Below, piece after piece: positions 26,212 to 35,638 of a DNA stretch of 64,000 nt; the first letter of the stretch is position 1; every line of letters starts with the position of its first letter. Source of the DNA: an uncultured Rhodobacteraceae bacterium (GTDB taxonomy: Bacteria; Pseudomonadota; Alphaproteobacteria; Rhodobacterales; Rhodobacteraceae); NCBI GenBank assembly GCA_937895435.1, contig CALAXT010000018.1, positions 3,216 to 67,215 of the forward strand, in the 5' to 3' direction. The position numbers and the translations under genes were made by a program. Under the pieces are notes generated by a model. It ran no database searches and had not been told where the DNA came from. It was given only the letters and a program-made list of their open reading frames with translations.

Positions 26212-26973
26212 TCAAACATTGGGCATCCGCATGATTTCGGTGCCGCGCTCATCAATTTCTTGGGCTTGCTTGACAAACTTCACGGCAATCTCGAAAGCCC
26301 GTTGGGTGTCGATGGAACTCACCAATTCATCAACGGTGTTGACGTTGCTGCCCTCGATAGAACCTTGAACGATTTGCCCCAACTGATCGGGCGCTGGCAA
26401 GGCAGAGCCATCCGACATGCGAATAAAACCCGTCCCTTCTTTTGAAAGATCAGCGCCGACAGCCGTCGTGATGCCAAGTTCCGCCACGACTTCTTTTACC
26501 CCCGGCAAACCACCCGCCGGTTCTATTGTAATCTCACCAAATTTCCCGATCGAAATATAGCGATACTCAGGAATGAAGATTTCCGCGCCCGAGCTGTCGA
26601 GCACTTTTTGATCAGCACCATTCACCAAGATGCGATCGGCATTTAGCTTAAGATCCCCACGACGGCTGAGCGCAGGCGCGCCATTGTCAGGCTGAATGTA
26701 GAAATAGCCATCATTGATAAAGGCCAAATCAAGCTCTGCACCCGTTTCCGTGACAAGACCGGGCGCGTTTGAAAAATGTGATTTTCCCGAAGGGGGCACA
26801 TAGGCCCGCGATGAAAATTCCCCCATCGCCTCCAAAAAAGAACTGCCGCCCTGCGCCGAGATATCACGGCGATACCCCGAAACCGAGATGTTGGCGATAT
26901 TTTGCGCCTGCAACACGGTCTCATTGCGGATATTTTTCATGTTGTTTAGCGCAACGTGAATCATCTTATCCAT
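26212..26973 (-). CDS. flgF: Proximal rod protein FlgF
   Basis: 253 aa. MDKMIHVALNNMKNIRNETVLQAQNIANISVSGYRRD... and ...GSIEGSNVNTVDELVSSIDTQRAFEIAVKFV. Between flgE and flgG. Confidence 0.85.
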   Translation of the reverse strand: MDKMIHVALNNMKNIRNETVLQAQNIANISVSGYRRDISAQGGSSFLEAMGEFSSRAYVPPSGKSHFSNAPGLVTETGAELDLAFINDGYFYIQPDNGAPALSRRGDLKLNADRILVNGADQKVLDSSGAEIFIPEYRYISIGKFGEITIEPAGGLPGVKEVVAELGITTAVGADLSKEGTGFIRMSDGSALPAPDQLGQIVQGSIEGSNVNTVDELVSSIDTQRAFEIAVKFVKQAQEIDERGTEIMRMPNV

Positions 26974-27002
26974 GGCGGCAGTCCCTTCTCTTTGGGCCCA
27001 GA

Positions 27003-30000
27003 TTACATCCGGATGTTAATGATCGTCTGCGTGAGCGAGGTCGAGGTTTCAATCGCCTTAGCTGATGCCTGATAGTTCCGCTGCGCAGTGATCAGGTTTA
27101 CCAGCTCTTCGGTGATATCAACGTTTGAACGCTCAAGCGAGCCTGACAAGATTGAGCCGAACCCCTCAGACCCTGCTTCACCAACCGAAGGTGAGCCCGA
27201 CACCGCGGTTGCAACATAGGTCGCATTGCCGATTTGTTTCAGACCATTTTGGTTGTTGAAGTTCGCAATAACGATCTTACCCAACGGATTGTTTTGACCG
27301 TTGGTATAGTTGGCCCGGATTGTGCCCGAGCTGTCGATTTCCAAACCATCCAGACGGCCCGAGGTAAAGCCATCCTGCTCAACCGACAGCACCGAGAACG
27401 GCTGTGCAAGCTGGGTTGAACCAGCAAAATCAACCTGCAATGAGATGGAGAACCCAGCCTCTTGCTGCTCATAGCTTACCATGTTCTGCGGGCTGAGCAA
27501 TTTACCCGATTTGTCAAAGGTCAGCTCGCCTTCGTCGATATAAAGCGGGTAGTATCCCGTAACCATGTTTTCGGGTGGGCTTTCAACAGTGTTCCCGTTC
27601 GCATCAACATAAAGTGCGATGCCCTGGTCGTTTGTGGCCTGTACCAGATTATAGATCATCGGCACTGAGCCCACGCCCAGCGGCACATCCGCCAAGCCAA
27701 GCCGCGCAGTTCCTTTGACCTTTATGGTCGTGTCGCTGCCGGTGGTGCCAGTGGTAAAGGTAAAGTTGTTATCGGCAGAGCTGTAGCGCACCTTGACCCC
27801 ACCCACAGTATCACCACTCAGCGGGTCTTGGATTTGGTTGATGCGCTCTTCCAAAGCCGCGGCCAGCGTGGTGCCCACGTAGTTGCCTGATGGCACCTGG
27901 ATAACACCACTGATGCCATTGACCGAGATATTGAAAGTTGTCTCGCCACCCGCCGAGCTCAGGCGGAAAATCTCGCCCAGATCTTCGTTGGCTGTGCCCC
28001 CGATTGCAACCGCAGCCGAAGCCGCCAAACCACGACCATCGACAAAGAGCGCGTCAGACTTACTGGCGCCAACCCCCATCAGCTGGTTATCGCCCACACC
28101 AAGATAGCGGCTGTCAGCATCGACACTGGAAGACAAAACACTGCCATCAGTCGACGAAATTGAGTAGCGCCCCACCTGAATGTTTGATGCTTTTTGCGCA
28201 GTTGTCACACCAATCGCACCATCCGCCGCAATCGCCTCACCTGTCGAACCTGACGCAAAAGAAAAGTTCTGCGTGTCTGAGTTATAGGTGACCGTAATTC
28301 CATAACGTTTATCGTTCAGCTGCACCTCTTCGCCATCGGCAACAAAGGGTTCGCCATAAAACACTTCACCGCCCCGGATCAAAACTGTTGAGGCATCGCC
28401 TGGGGCAGGAATACCCAACCCATTGGTCGAATCTGCTGACGTGTCACCACCAATTTTAAAAGAGTTAAAGCCGCTATCAGTCCCCATCCCCAAGATCGAA
28501 CGATCAACCTCAAAGGAAAAACGTTGGTTGATTTCGTCATAATAAATCGAAACGGGCGGAGCTTTTTCATCGACCCACTGGGTTGCGATCGTGGCACCAT
28601 CGAGGCCGAGCAAAGCGACCGTATCAATCGTCTCACCATCGGCATCGACGTTCAGCAGGGCTGCTGAGTCGAATTCAAAAATGTTCAGACCGGCTGTATT
28701 GAAGCTGGACGTATCTGCCGCAAACGAAGCGTTGGTGTAATCATGCAGCGCATCTGATCCAAATTCACGCACAACCAGCTTGCTACTGTTATAATTCACG
28801 GTAGAGCCTGGGATCACATCGCTGGCACCTTCATAAAATGCCTCAACCGTGTCTGATTCATCGCTCATCAAATAGACTGATGTCGATTCAATTGTGAAAT
28901 CTGCATCTGGCAGTGCCAGGTTGGTGGTATCAACCGTGATAAGACCATTGGTCTCATCCACACTCAGCACAGTAAACGCACGACCGTTCAGATACCCGCC
29001 GTAGCCGCTTTCGCCTTCGGTCACAAAGTCACCCGCGATGCGGATACTTTCACCAGCAACCAAACAGGCATTGCCATTATCGTTGTCAGCAAAGCCAGTG
29101 GTTGGGTCCATATAAATGGTCAGCGTATTTTGCGCGGCATTATAGCTCATCGTTTTGCCATAATCCGTGTCTGTTGTATCAGTCACAGCAGAAACCTGAT
29201 CGCGGCGCTCATAGACGTTGAGCGTGGAACGGTTGTTGTAATATGAATGTACCAAGTTCAGATCCGTTGACAGCATCTCACCATAGGTGTCGCTTGTGCT
29301 GTCGGTATCTTCATAGTTACGCGTAAACGTCACAATGTCTGTGGTTTCCAGAACCGCATCCATCTCTTCACCCAAGGCACGGGCAAAAAAGCTTGAATCA
29401 ACCCCAAGAGCCGAATCGTTTGAAATATCGGTATCGGGGTCAATGGCGTAATCATTGAGGGTTTCATTGATACGGGCCTGCGCATGGGCCAAAAATTCCT
29501 CAAAGGAAAAATCAGGCGACGCACCCGATGTATCGATACCGGCAAGGTCTGATACAAAGCTAGAGGTCAGCAGATCAACCTCAATCACATCATCAAGCCC
29601 TTCAGACGTTCCATCTGCGGCCAGTTTGAAAAGATCGATGGTCAGGGTATCATCAACGTTCCGCTGCACCTGAATTTTGCGATCATCGCCATAGGCGGCG
29701 TTGATCGCACGCTCAACTTCCGCCGCCAATTGCTCAGCATTATACTTGCCGGGCCGCAGATCGATGCTGACAGGCTGATCGCCATCATCCACATTGACCA
29801 ACAAAAAGTCTTTGCCCCAGTACACATCGCTTGAACTGTTGCCAGCTTCGCGGGTTGACATGAACTGCATCGGGTCGGTGACAATTTCAACCAGCTTGTC
29901 GCCTTCTTCCCCAAAGTCAAAGCTGGTTTCTTCCCCAGTCAGCGTTGCAGGGGATGAGGGCACAAGGGTTTGCAAATCATCCAGCTTATAAAGCGGCGAG

Positions 30001-30842
30001 CCCTTGCCCTCGATGAAATAGTTGTCATCAGGGACGACACTGGTCGTGTTGCCAAAACGGTCAATATACTGCTGACGACCAGAGTCATCGACAGCAGGCA
30101 CCAGATCAGGATCAATGACGATACCGTCAATCACCAGACGTGTATCATATTTGTTGGTTGGGTCTTCACTGGAAGCCGCTTGGGTTTTGATGAAATACAT
30201 CGTGGCGATCGTTGGGTTACCAAGATCATCGAAGATCGTCATCGAGGTTGAGTTGGTATAGGTATCTGGGTCATCAGGATCAAAGGTATAACCTTCTGCA
30301 AACTGTGGCTTGTCCGTCACCACTTCGGCCGAAGCTGCAACGTTCACACCCAATTCAATCAAGCTGGTGGCCTTTGGGTCACCCGATGTGACAGGCAGCT
30401 GCAACGGCATTGCACTATCAAGATCTTTGGCGGTCACCGATCCATCGTCGTTGACCGGGTAAACCATCAGATACTGGCCAGCAGAATCCACCACATAGCG
30501 GTCATTGTTCACGCTAAGCGAACCGTTGCGGGTATAAACCGTCTGCGACGAGCTAAGCGACGGCTTCAGCGTGAAAAACCCCTGACCCGAAATCGCCAGA
30601 TCCAGAGCGTTCAGCGATGAAGCAACGTTACCTTGGGTGAACTGTTGCTTGATCCCCTTCAAGATCGTGCCCGAACCGATCGATGATGACGCGTTTTGCA
30701 AGGGCGATGTGGCAAAGATATCGCCAAATTCTGCCCGGCTGCGTTTAAAGCCCGTCGTCCCAACGTTTGCGATGTTGTTCGACGTGGCCGCGATATCTGC
30801 TTGTGAGCCATTGAGGCCGGTCAGCGCTGTGTAGAATGACAT
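27003..30842 (-). CDS. flgE: Flagellar hook protein FlgE, giant form (1279 aa)
   Basis: N-terminal ~240 aa (MSFYTALTGLNGSQADIAATSNNIANVGTTGFKRSRAEF..., ISGQGFFTL, VYTRNGSLSV, FDDLGNPTIATMYFIKT) and C-terminal ~173 aa (LTFDKSGKLL...GSLERSNVDITEELVNLITAQRNYQASAKAIETSTSLTQTIINIRM) are canonical FlgE D0/D1 and the base of D2. A single ORF between flgD and flgF. Confidence 0.9.
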   Translation of the reverse strand: MSFYTALTGLNGSQADIAATSNNIANVGTTGFKRSRAEFGDIFATSPLQNASSSIGSGTILKGIKQQFTQGNVASSLNALDLAISGQGFFTLKPSLSSSQTVYTRNGSLSVNNDRYVVDSAGQYLMVYPVNDDGSVTAKDLDSAMPLQLPVTSGDPKATSLIELGVNVAASAEVVTDKPQFAEGYTFDPDDPDTYTNSTSMTIFDDLGNPTIATMYFIKTQAASSEDPTNKYDTRLVIDGIVIDPDLVPAVDDSGRQQYIDRFGNTTSVVPDDNYFIEGKGSPLYKLDDLQTLVPSSPATLTGEETSFDFGEEGDKLVEIVTDPMQFMSTREAGNSSSDVYWGKDFLLVNVDDGDQPVSIDLRPGKYNAEQLAAEVERAINAAYGDDRKIQVQRNVDDTLTIDLFKLAADGTSEGLDDVIEVDLLTSSFVSDLAGIDTSGASPDFSFEEFLAHAQARINETLNDYAIDPDTDISNDSALGVDSSFFARALGEEMDAVLETTDIVTFTRNYEDTDSTSDTYGEMLSTDLNLVHSYYNNRSTLNVYERRDQVSAVTDTTDTDYGKTMSYNAAQNTLTIYMDPTTGFADNDNGNACLVAGESIRIAGDFVTEGESGYGGYLNGRAFTVLSVDETNGLITVDTTNLALPDADFTIESTSVYLMSDESDTVEAFYEGASDVIPGSTVNYNSSKLVVREFGSDALHDYTNASFAADTSSFNTAGLNIFEFDSAALLNVDADGETIDTVALLGLDGATIATQWVDEKAPPVSIYYDEINQRFSFEVDRSILGMGTDSGFNSFKIGGDTSADSTNGLGIPAPGDASTVLIRGGEVFYGEPFVADGEEVQLNDKRYGITVTYNSDTQNFSFASGSTGEAIAADGAIGVTTAQKASNIQVGRYSISSTDGSVLSSSVDADSRYLGVGDNQLMGVGASKSDALFVDGRGLAASAAVAIGGTANEDLGEIFRLSSAGGETTFNISVNGISGVIQVPSGNYVGTTLAAALEERINQIQDPLSGDTVGGVKVRYSSADNNFTFTTGTTGSDTTIKVKGTARLGLADVPLGVGSVPMIYNLVQATNDQGIALYVDANGNTVESPPENMVTGYYPLYIDEGELTFDKSGKLLSPQNMVSYEQQEAGFSISLQVDFAGSTQLAQPFSVLSVEQDGFTSGRLDGLEIDSSGTIRANYTNGQNNPLGKIVIANFNNQNGLKQIGNATYVATAVSGSPSVGEAGSEGFGSILSGSLERSNVDITEELVNLITAQRNYQASAKAIETSTSLTQTIINIRM

Positions 30843-30894
30843 GTCGCACTCCCTTTATGTTCGAGGACGATTTTTGCTTCTTTTGAAAATTTGA

Positions 30895-31590
30895 TCAGGC
30901 GCGGAACCGCAGCACGTTATTGGCGTTCACTTCGCCATAATCGCGCACATCCAGCATCACCCCATCAGCACTGCCAACCGAGGTGCCAAGCACATCGGCA
31001 AAAACAGCTGGCTGTAATTCTTCAGCGCCCTTACCCGCATTAATCATGGCCTGAATGCGCACACGCTTTGCACCCGAAGCGTAATCTGCTGGCAGTCCGG
31101 TCCAGCTGAACCCAACCAATCCCTGCGCTTGCGCGCCCAAGTCCATTGAGTGCACGACCTCACCGGTCGTGGCATCCGAAAAGGTAAGTGTCGTCAGCGA
31201 CGAAGCCGATGGCAGATCAAGCGCACCATTGATTTCACCGTTTTCATCCGCGCGCGCCAAGTTGCCGGGCACCAACACTTTGTGCCCAAGCAGCGTCGTT
31301 GCCGTTGCGATACGAAATTCTTTAAGCTGGTCGGCCAAACCCGTCATGGTGGCCCCCATCTCACGGATGCCCGTCACGGTCGAAAACTGGGCCATCTGCG
31401 CGATAAAGTCACCATTATCCATGGGCTTGAACGGATCTTGGTTTTGCAGCTGCGCCGTCATCAATTTAAGAAATTCTTCTTGACCAAGCTGATCTGACGA
31501 GCCAGCAGTCTCGCTGGGCCCAGCGTTGATCCCCAGCTTTTCAAACAAAGCAGCCTGTGCGGTGCTGGCGGCGGCGTTGACTTCAGCCAT
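30895..31590 (-). CDS. flgD: Hook capping/scaffold protein FlgD
   Basis: 231 aa. ...LGQEEFLKLMTAQLQNQDPFKPMDNGDFIAQMAQFSTVTGI... is the FlgD N-terminal signature. Confidence 0.9.
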   Translation of the reverse strand: MAEVNAAASTAQAALFEKLGINAGPSETAGSSDQLGQEEFLKLMTAQLQNQDPFKPMDNGDFIAQMAQFSTVTGIREMGATMTGLADQLKEFRIATATTLLGHKVLVPGNLARADENGEINGALDLPSASSLTTLTFSDATTGEVVHSMDLGAQAQGLVGFSWTGLPADYASGAKRVRIQAMINAGKGAEELQPAVFADVLGTSVGSADGVMLDVRDYGEVNANNVLRFRA

Positions 31591-31604
31591 TGAACTATCC
31601 TTGC

Positions 31605-32021
31605 TTATTTGCCCATGTTGGCCGTGCGCAGCATCAATGTGCGCAGGGTCGACACGACTTCGAGGTTGTTTTGATACTGCCGGCCGGCTTCCAGCATTTC
31701 GACCATTTCTTCATCAACATCGACAGCGGCCGAATAAACATATCCCTCACCATCCGCACTGGGATGATCGGGCATGTAAGTACGCGCAGGCTGACGATTG
31801 AGCGCCACCACATCCACCACATCCGTGGTCGACAGGCCGCTTTTACGGATATTGCTGTCATATTCTGTGGAAAAAACCGGGCGAATGGCGCGATAGGCCT
31901 CTTCTTGCGTGCTGGCCGCGGAACGCGCATTGGCAAGGTTACTGGCAACCGTGTTCAATCGTACCATCTGGGCCGCCATAGCCCGGCTTGCGACATCAAA
32001 AACATTACGGATCTCGGCCAT
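31605..32021 (-). CDS. flgC: Proximal rod protein FlgC
   Basis: 138 aa. ...ASRAMAAQMVRLNTVASNLANARS... and ...VDVDEEMVEMLEAGRQYQNNLEVVSTLRTLMLRT. The ATG overlaps the flgB stop (TAATG). Confidence 0.9.
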   Translation of the reverse strand: MAEIRNVFDVASRAMAAQMVRLNTVASNLANARSAASTQEEAYRAIRPVFSTEYDSNIRKSGLSTTDVVDVVALNRQPARTYMPDHPSADGEGYVYSAAVDVDEEMVEMLEAGRQYQNNLEVVSTLRTLMLRTANMGK

Positions 32022-32407
32022 TATTCCCCCCGTATCGCGGACATCAAACCAGAAATCCGGTTATTAATGAAATTCAGCGTGGTCTGATAGCGCACCACGT
32101 TTTCTGAAAACTGCATTTGCTCAACACTTAGCTCAACGGTGTTGCCATCAAGCGAGGGCTGCAATGGCTGGCGATACAGCATTTGATCAGGGCGCGGGTT
32201 AACCGCTGCAGCCAAATGGCGGGAATCCGTGGTTTTTAAATCACCGATTGGTTCAATTTTGGCCATCTCAGCGCTAAAATCAACGTCACGCGCCTTGAAA
32301 TTCGGCGTGGCAGCGTTGGCGATATTTGACGCCAAAACCGCATTCCGCTTTTCACGCAAAGCAAGGGCGTTTACATAAAAGCCCAGATGTTGCTTAATGC
32401 CTTCCAT
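32021..32407 (-). CDS. flgB: Proximal rod protein FlgB
   Basis: Start set at ATG 32407 (128 aa: MEGIKQHLGFYVNALALREKRNAVLASNIANAATPNFKARDVDF...) because the sigma-54 promoter at 32460-32474 lies within the longer track ORF. Confidence 0.85.
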   Translation of the reverse strand: MEGIKQHLGFYVNALALREKRNAVLASNIANAATPNFKARDVDFSAEMAKIEPIGDLKTTDSRHLAAAVNPRPDQMLYRQPLQPSLDGNTVELSVEQMQFSENVVRYQTTLNFINNRISGLMSAIRGE

Positions 32408-32459
32408 CGAAATATTCCGTGCCACTTTGATTTGATTACGCTTCAGTCGCAGGAATTCT

Positions 32460-32474
32460 GCAAAACGCGTGCCA
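32460..32474 (-). promoter_or_regulatory. Sigma-54 promoter of the flgB-C-D-E-F operon
   Basis: The minus strand reads TGGCACGCGTTTTGC (perfect consensus), with the -12 ~53 nt upstream of the flgB ATG at 32407. Confidence 0.8.
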
Positions 32475-32499
32475 ATCTGAAACAAGTCAGGAAAAAGTA

Positions 32500-33099
32500 A
32501 TGTCAGTTCAAAATGTCGCCGCAAAAACAGCCGCTACGCGTGATGTTGAAAAGTTGCGCAGCGCAACGTTAAAACGCTTTGAAAAAACGCCGGTGCGCGA
32601 AGCAATCGTATCTTTGCGCACACAATTGGCAACGGAAACAGATGAGCGTCTGCGACTTGGGCTGTTGTCCGCGCGGGTGGAATTGGTGCGCCAACAAACC
32701 GCGCAAATCCGCGAAATGGACGGCCACACCGCCCCCCGCACCATGCGCAACGATGCAAATCCCGCATCCGTCCAGACCCAAGCCGGGGCATCAAGCGACA
32801 ACCACGACAGCGACAAGGCCCGCGCGGCGGGCATCATGATACCGGACGACCCGCAAACACCGCCCTCAGGCTGGCAGCGGCTGCGGGTGACAGAGACAAC
32901 TGTGGTAAACGGTGTGCGCTTTCCAGCCGGCGTGCAAATTGAGGTCTCTCAGGATGATGCAGACAGGCTGGTTGAGGCCAATATGGCCGAGCGCCTGGCC
33001 ATACCCGCACAGACCGCCGAGACAACCACAGAAAAATCCACCCCCGCAAAACGCCCTGCCCGTAAAAAGCCTGCCCCCAAGGCTAAAGGTGCCACATGA
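32500..33099 (+). CDS. Hypothetical protein divergent from flgB (coiled N-terminus, Lys-rich tail)
   Basis: 199 aa. AGGA lies 7 nt upstream of the ATG. MSVQNVAAKTAATRDVEKLRSATLKRFEK...ends TPAKRPARKKPAPKAKGAT. It is the longest of many open frames in a GC-rich stretch. Its stop overlaps the next start (ATGA). Confidence 0.5.
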   Translation: MSVQNVAAKTAATRDVEKLRSATLKRFEKTPVREAIVSLRTQLATETDERLRLGLLSARVELVRQQTAQIREMDGHTAPRTMRNDANPASVQTQAGASSDNHDSDKARAAGIMIPDDPQTPPSGWQRLRVTETTVVNGVRFPAGVQIEVSQDDADRLVEANMAERLAIPAQTAETTTEKSTPAKRPARKKPAPKAKGAT

Positions 33100-33434
33100 G
33101 CGCGACCGGAGCTTGGGCGGCACTTGCCGCGTTGACGGCGCTAAACCTGCAGGGGTGCATGTCGCGCTTTGCACATGAATCTTACGATTGCAGCAGCCAA
33201 CCACTGCCCTTTATCAGCATCGACCTGCGCAACCCCGCCAAAGGCAGCACAGCCGAAATCACAGCCCAAACCGCCAGCTACCCCGTCACGATCACCCAGA
33301 TTGATGCCGTGACCCTGACAATGACCACCCCCACCGCCGCAATCACGATCAATCGTGAAACCGGTCAAATCGTTTGGAAACAAGGCGACACAGCCGTGGT
33401 GGGCCAATGCGAAAAATCTGAATTCAAGATGTAA
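33096..33434 (+). CDS. Hypothetical small lipoprotein upstream of fliD
   Basis: 112 aa. Signal plus lipobox AALTALNLQGC. Two further Cys. ATGA-coupled to the upstream ORF. 84 nt before fliD. Confidence 0.6.
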   Translation: MSATGAWAALAALTALNLQGCMSRFAHESYDCSSQPLPFISIDLRNPAKGSTAEITAQTASYPVTITQIDAVTLTMTTPTAAITINRETGQIVWKQGDTAVVGQCEKSEFKM

Positions 33435-33518
33435 CGCAGAAAATCATCGCCTCGGCATAGAATTTGCAAAAATTTGGTCGTTGCTATTGCAGCAGTAGCG
33501 ATAACACAGGGTGCGATC

Positions 33519-35171
33519 ATGGCAGTCGACTATATCAGCGCAATCAACACCAAGGGGTCAGGCATGAACCTGACACAGATCGTTGATGGCTTGGTGACCG
33601 CCGAAACAGCGCCACTGATGGAACAAACGCAAAAAAAATATGACGCTTATGAAACTTCGATTTCAGAGATTGGTACGGTCGTGGCCGAGCTGAGTTCTCT
33701 GAAATCTGCGATGGACATCATAGGCGAAAACCCAATGCTCGAAATTTCGCCCGACAACGATTATTTCACCATGGACTTGATTGATTCCGACGCCGCAGAC
33801 AATTTCAATTATGATCTTGAAATTTCACAGCTTGCGACAGCACAAGTTCTGCAATTTTCAGGCTACACCAGCACGACCACAACAGTCGGGACGGGCACGC
33901 TGACCATCGACTTTGGCGCGTGGTCGGGCTCGGCCACAAATACATTTACAACTAATACTGACTCGACATCGCAAACACTGACGATCACTGACAGCACGCT
34001 GACCTTGATCGAATTAGCAGAACTGATTGATGATCTCGATGGCATCAGCGCGTCTGTGATTGAAACAGATACCGACACGTATTCACTGGTTATTAAGGCA
34101 GAAGAAGGTGAAGATTACGCGATCAGAATGACAGCTGTTGAGGATTCATCCAATACTGGTCTTGCAGATTTTGATACAACATCTGACAATTACAGTCATG
34201 AGGTCCAAGCAGCGCAAGATGCAATTTTAACACTTGATAGTATCACAGTCACGCGTTCTTCAAACCGGATTACAGATCTTTTACCGGGTTATGGATTGAC
34301 CCTAACCGAAACAACCACCAGCGCTATGACACTAAAGGCGGATCGCTCTGACTCTTATGCCGTCCAACTGATGACCATTTTCGTTGATCAGATCAACACA
34401 ACTCTCTCAGTGCTTAAGGCTGCGACATCGAAAGGTTACAATGGAGCAACGCGCGGGGGACTGGCGGGGGACATTGCGGCGACCTCACTGCAATCACAAC
34501 TTAAATCGGTGCTGCAATCCGCAATCGTAGGCTTTGGCAGCGATGATGTGTATCTATCTGATTTTGGTGTAACTACAAATACAGATGGCTCATTGTCGTT
34601 AGACGAGACACGGTTTCTTGCAAAGTTCAACGATGATCCAACCTCTTTAAACGTACTTTTTAAGTCTGGTTTCACCTCAAGCTCAACACTGGTAAAGGCG
34701 GAAAAATTTGGCTCATCAACGCCGACGCCAGGTGGCTATGATTTTACTTATTCATCAAAATCGACCAACTTTAAGATGGACTCAAAGAGTTTTATTAGAG
34801 GCACGGACGATAATGGCGAATATTATTGGAAATCATACAGTGGGGATACGCAGGGCAGCCGCATAAGCATTTCTGGCTCGGGCGCAGCATCAGGTACGAT
34901 TTACTACGGAACAAGTCTTGCGGATTTGTTGTCTGATCTAGTCGAGTCGGTAACTGACAATGACGGTCTCATCGACCGTCGCCTGACCCAATTAGAAACT
35001 GATAAGACGGATGCCACAGATGAGATTAAAGCCATCGAAACGAGGGTGGAAATGATCCGCACGCGTTACACGATGCAATTTTCAGCGATGGAAGCGTTGA
35101 TCACGAACATGAAATCCACAGGATCATTCATGACATCAATGATGGATGCTTGGAACAACAGCGATAACTAG
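33519..35171 (+). CDS. fliD: Filament cap protein FliD (HAP2)
   Basis: Start set at ATG 33519 (AGGGTG 5 nt upstream). MAVDYISAINTKGSGMNLTQIVDGLVTAETAPLMEQTQKK... is the FliD N-terminal pattern. C-terminal ...IRTRYTMQFSAMEALITNMKSTGSFMTSMM. An IN-motif-like TLTITDSTLTLIELAELIDDLDGISASVIE is present. Confidence 0.85.
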   Translation: MAVDYISAINTKGSGMNLTQIVDGLVTAETAPLMEQTQKKYDAYETSISEIGTVVAELSSLKSAMDIIGENPMLEISPDNDYFTMDLIDSDAADNFNYDLEISQLATAQVLQFSGYTSTTTTVGTGTLTIDFGAWSGSATNTFTTNTDSTSQTLTITDSTLTLIELAELIDDLDGISASVIETDTDTYSLVIKAEEGEDYAIRMTAVEDSSNTGLADFDTTSDNYSHEVQAAQDAILTLDSITVTRSSNRITDLLPGYGLTLTETTTSAMTLKADRSDSYAVQLMTIFVDQINTTLSVLKAATSKGYNGATRGGLAGDIAATSLQSQLKSVLQSAIVGFGSDDVYLSDFGVTTNTDGSLSLDETRFLAKFNDDPTSLNVLFKSGFTSSSTLVKAEKFGSSTPTPGGYDFTYSSKSTNFKMDSKSFIRGTDDNGEYYWKSYSGDTQGSRISISGSGAASGTIYYGTSLADLLSDLVESVTDNDGLIDRRLTQLETDKTDATDEIKAIETRVEMIRTRYTMQFSAMEALITNMKSTGSFMTSMMDAWNNSDN

Positions 35172-35173
35172 GG

Positions 35174-35569
35174 TTACCGCGCGTCGCAGCTGTAACTTTT
35201 CAGACACTGCTCACTTGGTGAGGTCGTCATTGTTGTATTGCTTTTGTTCAGCCCACCGCGGGAATAAACACAAAAACGCGTACCCGTTCCCTCATCAACA
35301 TAGGTCGATTTCAAACGGCATGTCGTCATATTGCCACTTTCAGGTGCAGCGCGGGTTTTACACTCGGCAGCTGCCGAACCCAAATTCTTTTGTGGAAATC
35401 GCGAACGATTGGTTTTCCATTTTTCACAATATCCATTTTGTGCAGAATACATGACAGCTTCAGCATAAGCCGGTTTTGACATGATAAAAGCCAAAGCGAT
35501 CAAAACAGGCGCACCAGCCAAAGCTAGTGACAAGAAGATCCGTGAATATTTGTGAAATGAGTTCTTCAT
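35174..35569 (-). CDS. Hypothetical secreted Cys-rich small protein
   Basis: 131 aa. Signal peptide ...LALAGAPVLIALAFIMSKPAYA/EA. Six Cys in the mature part. AT-richer than the cluster average. Its stop is 2 nt from the fliD stop (convergent). Confidence 0.5.
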   Translation of the reverse strand: MKNSFHKYSRIFLSLALAGAPVLIALAFIMSKPAYAEAVMYSAQNGYCEKWKTNRSRFPQKNLGSAAAECKTRAAPESGNMTTCRLKSTYVDEGTGTRFCVYSRGGLNKSNTTMTTSPSEQCLKSYSCDAR

Positions 35570-35638
35570 TGTTTCATTCTGCCTTAAAAACGCTATCTAA
35601 ATCAACAGATCAAAAGAGGATTGACTAAAAATTAAAAT

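Noticed and set aside
32408-32524. A 39-aa N-terminal extension of flgB in the ORF track
   Set aside because: A perfect sigma-54 promoter (32460-32474) sits within it. The ATG at 32407 yields a canonical FlgB N-terminus.
33474-33497. The sigma-54-like TGGTCGTTGCTATTGC and a sigma-28 -10-like AGCGATAA upstream of fliD
   Set aside because: The GG-to-GC spacing is one base too long, and no TAAA lies 14-16 nt upstream of the -10-like element. This is not good enough to call.
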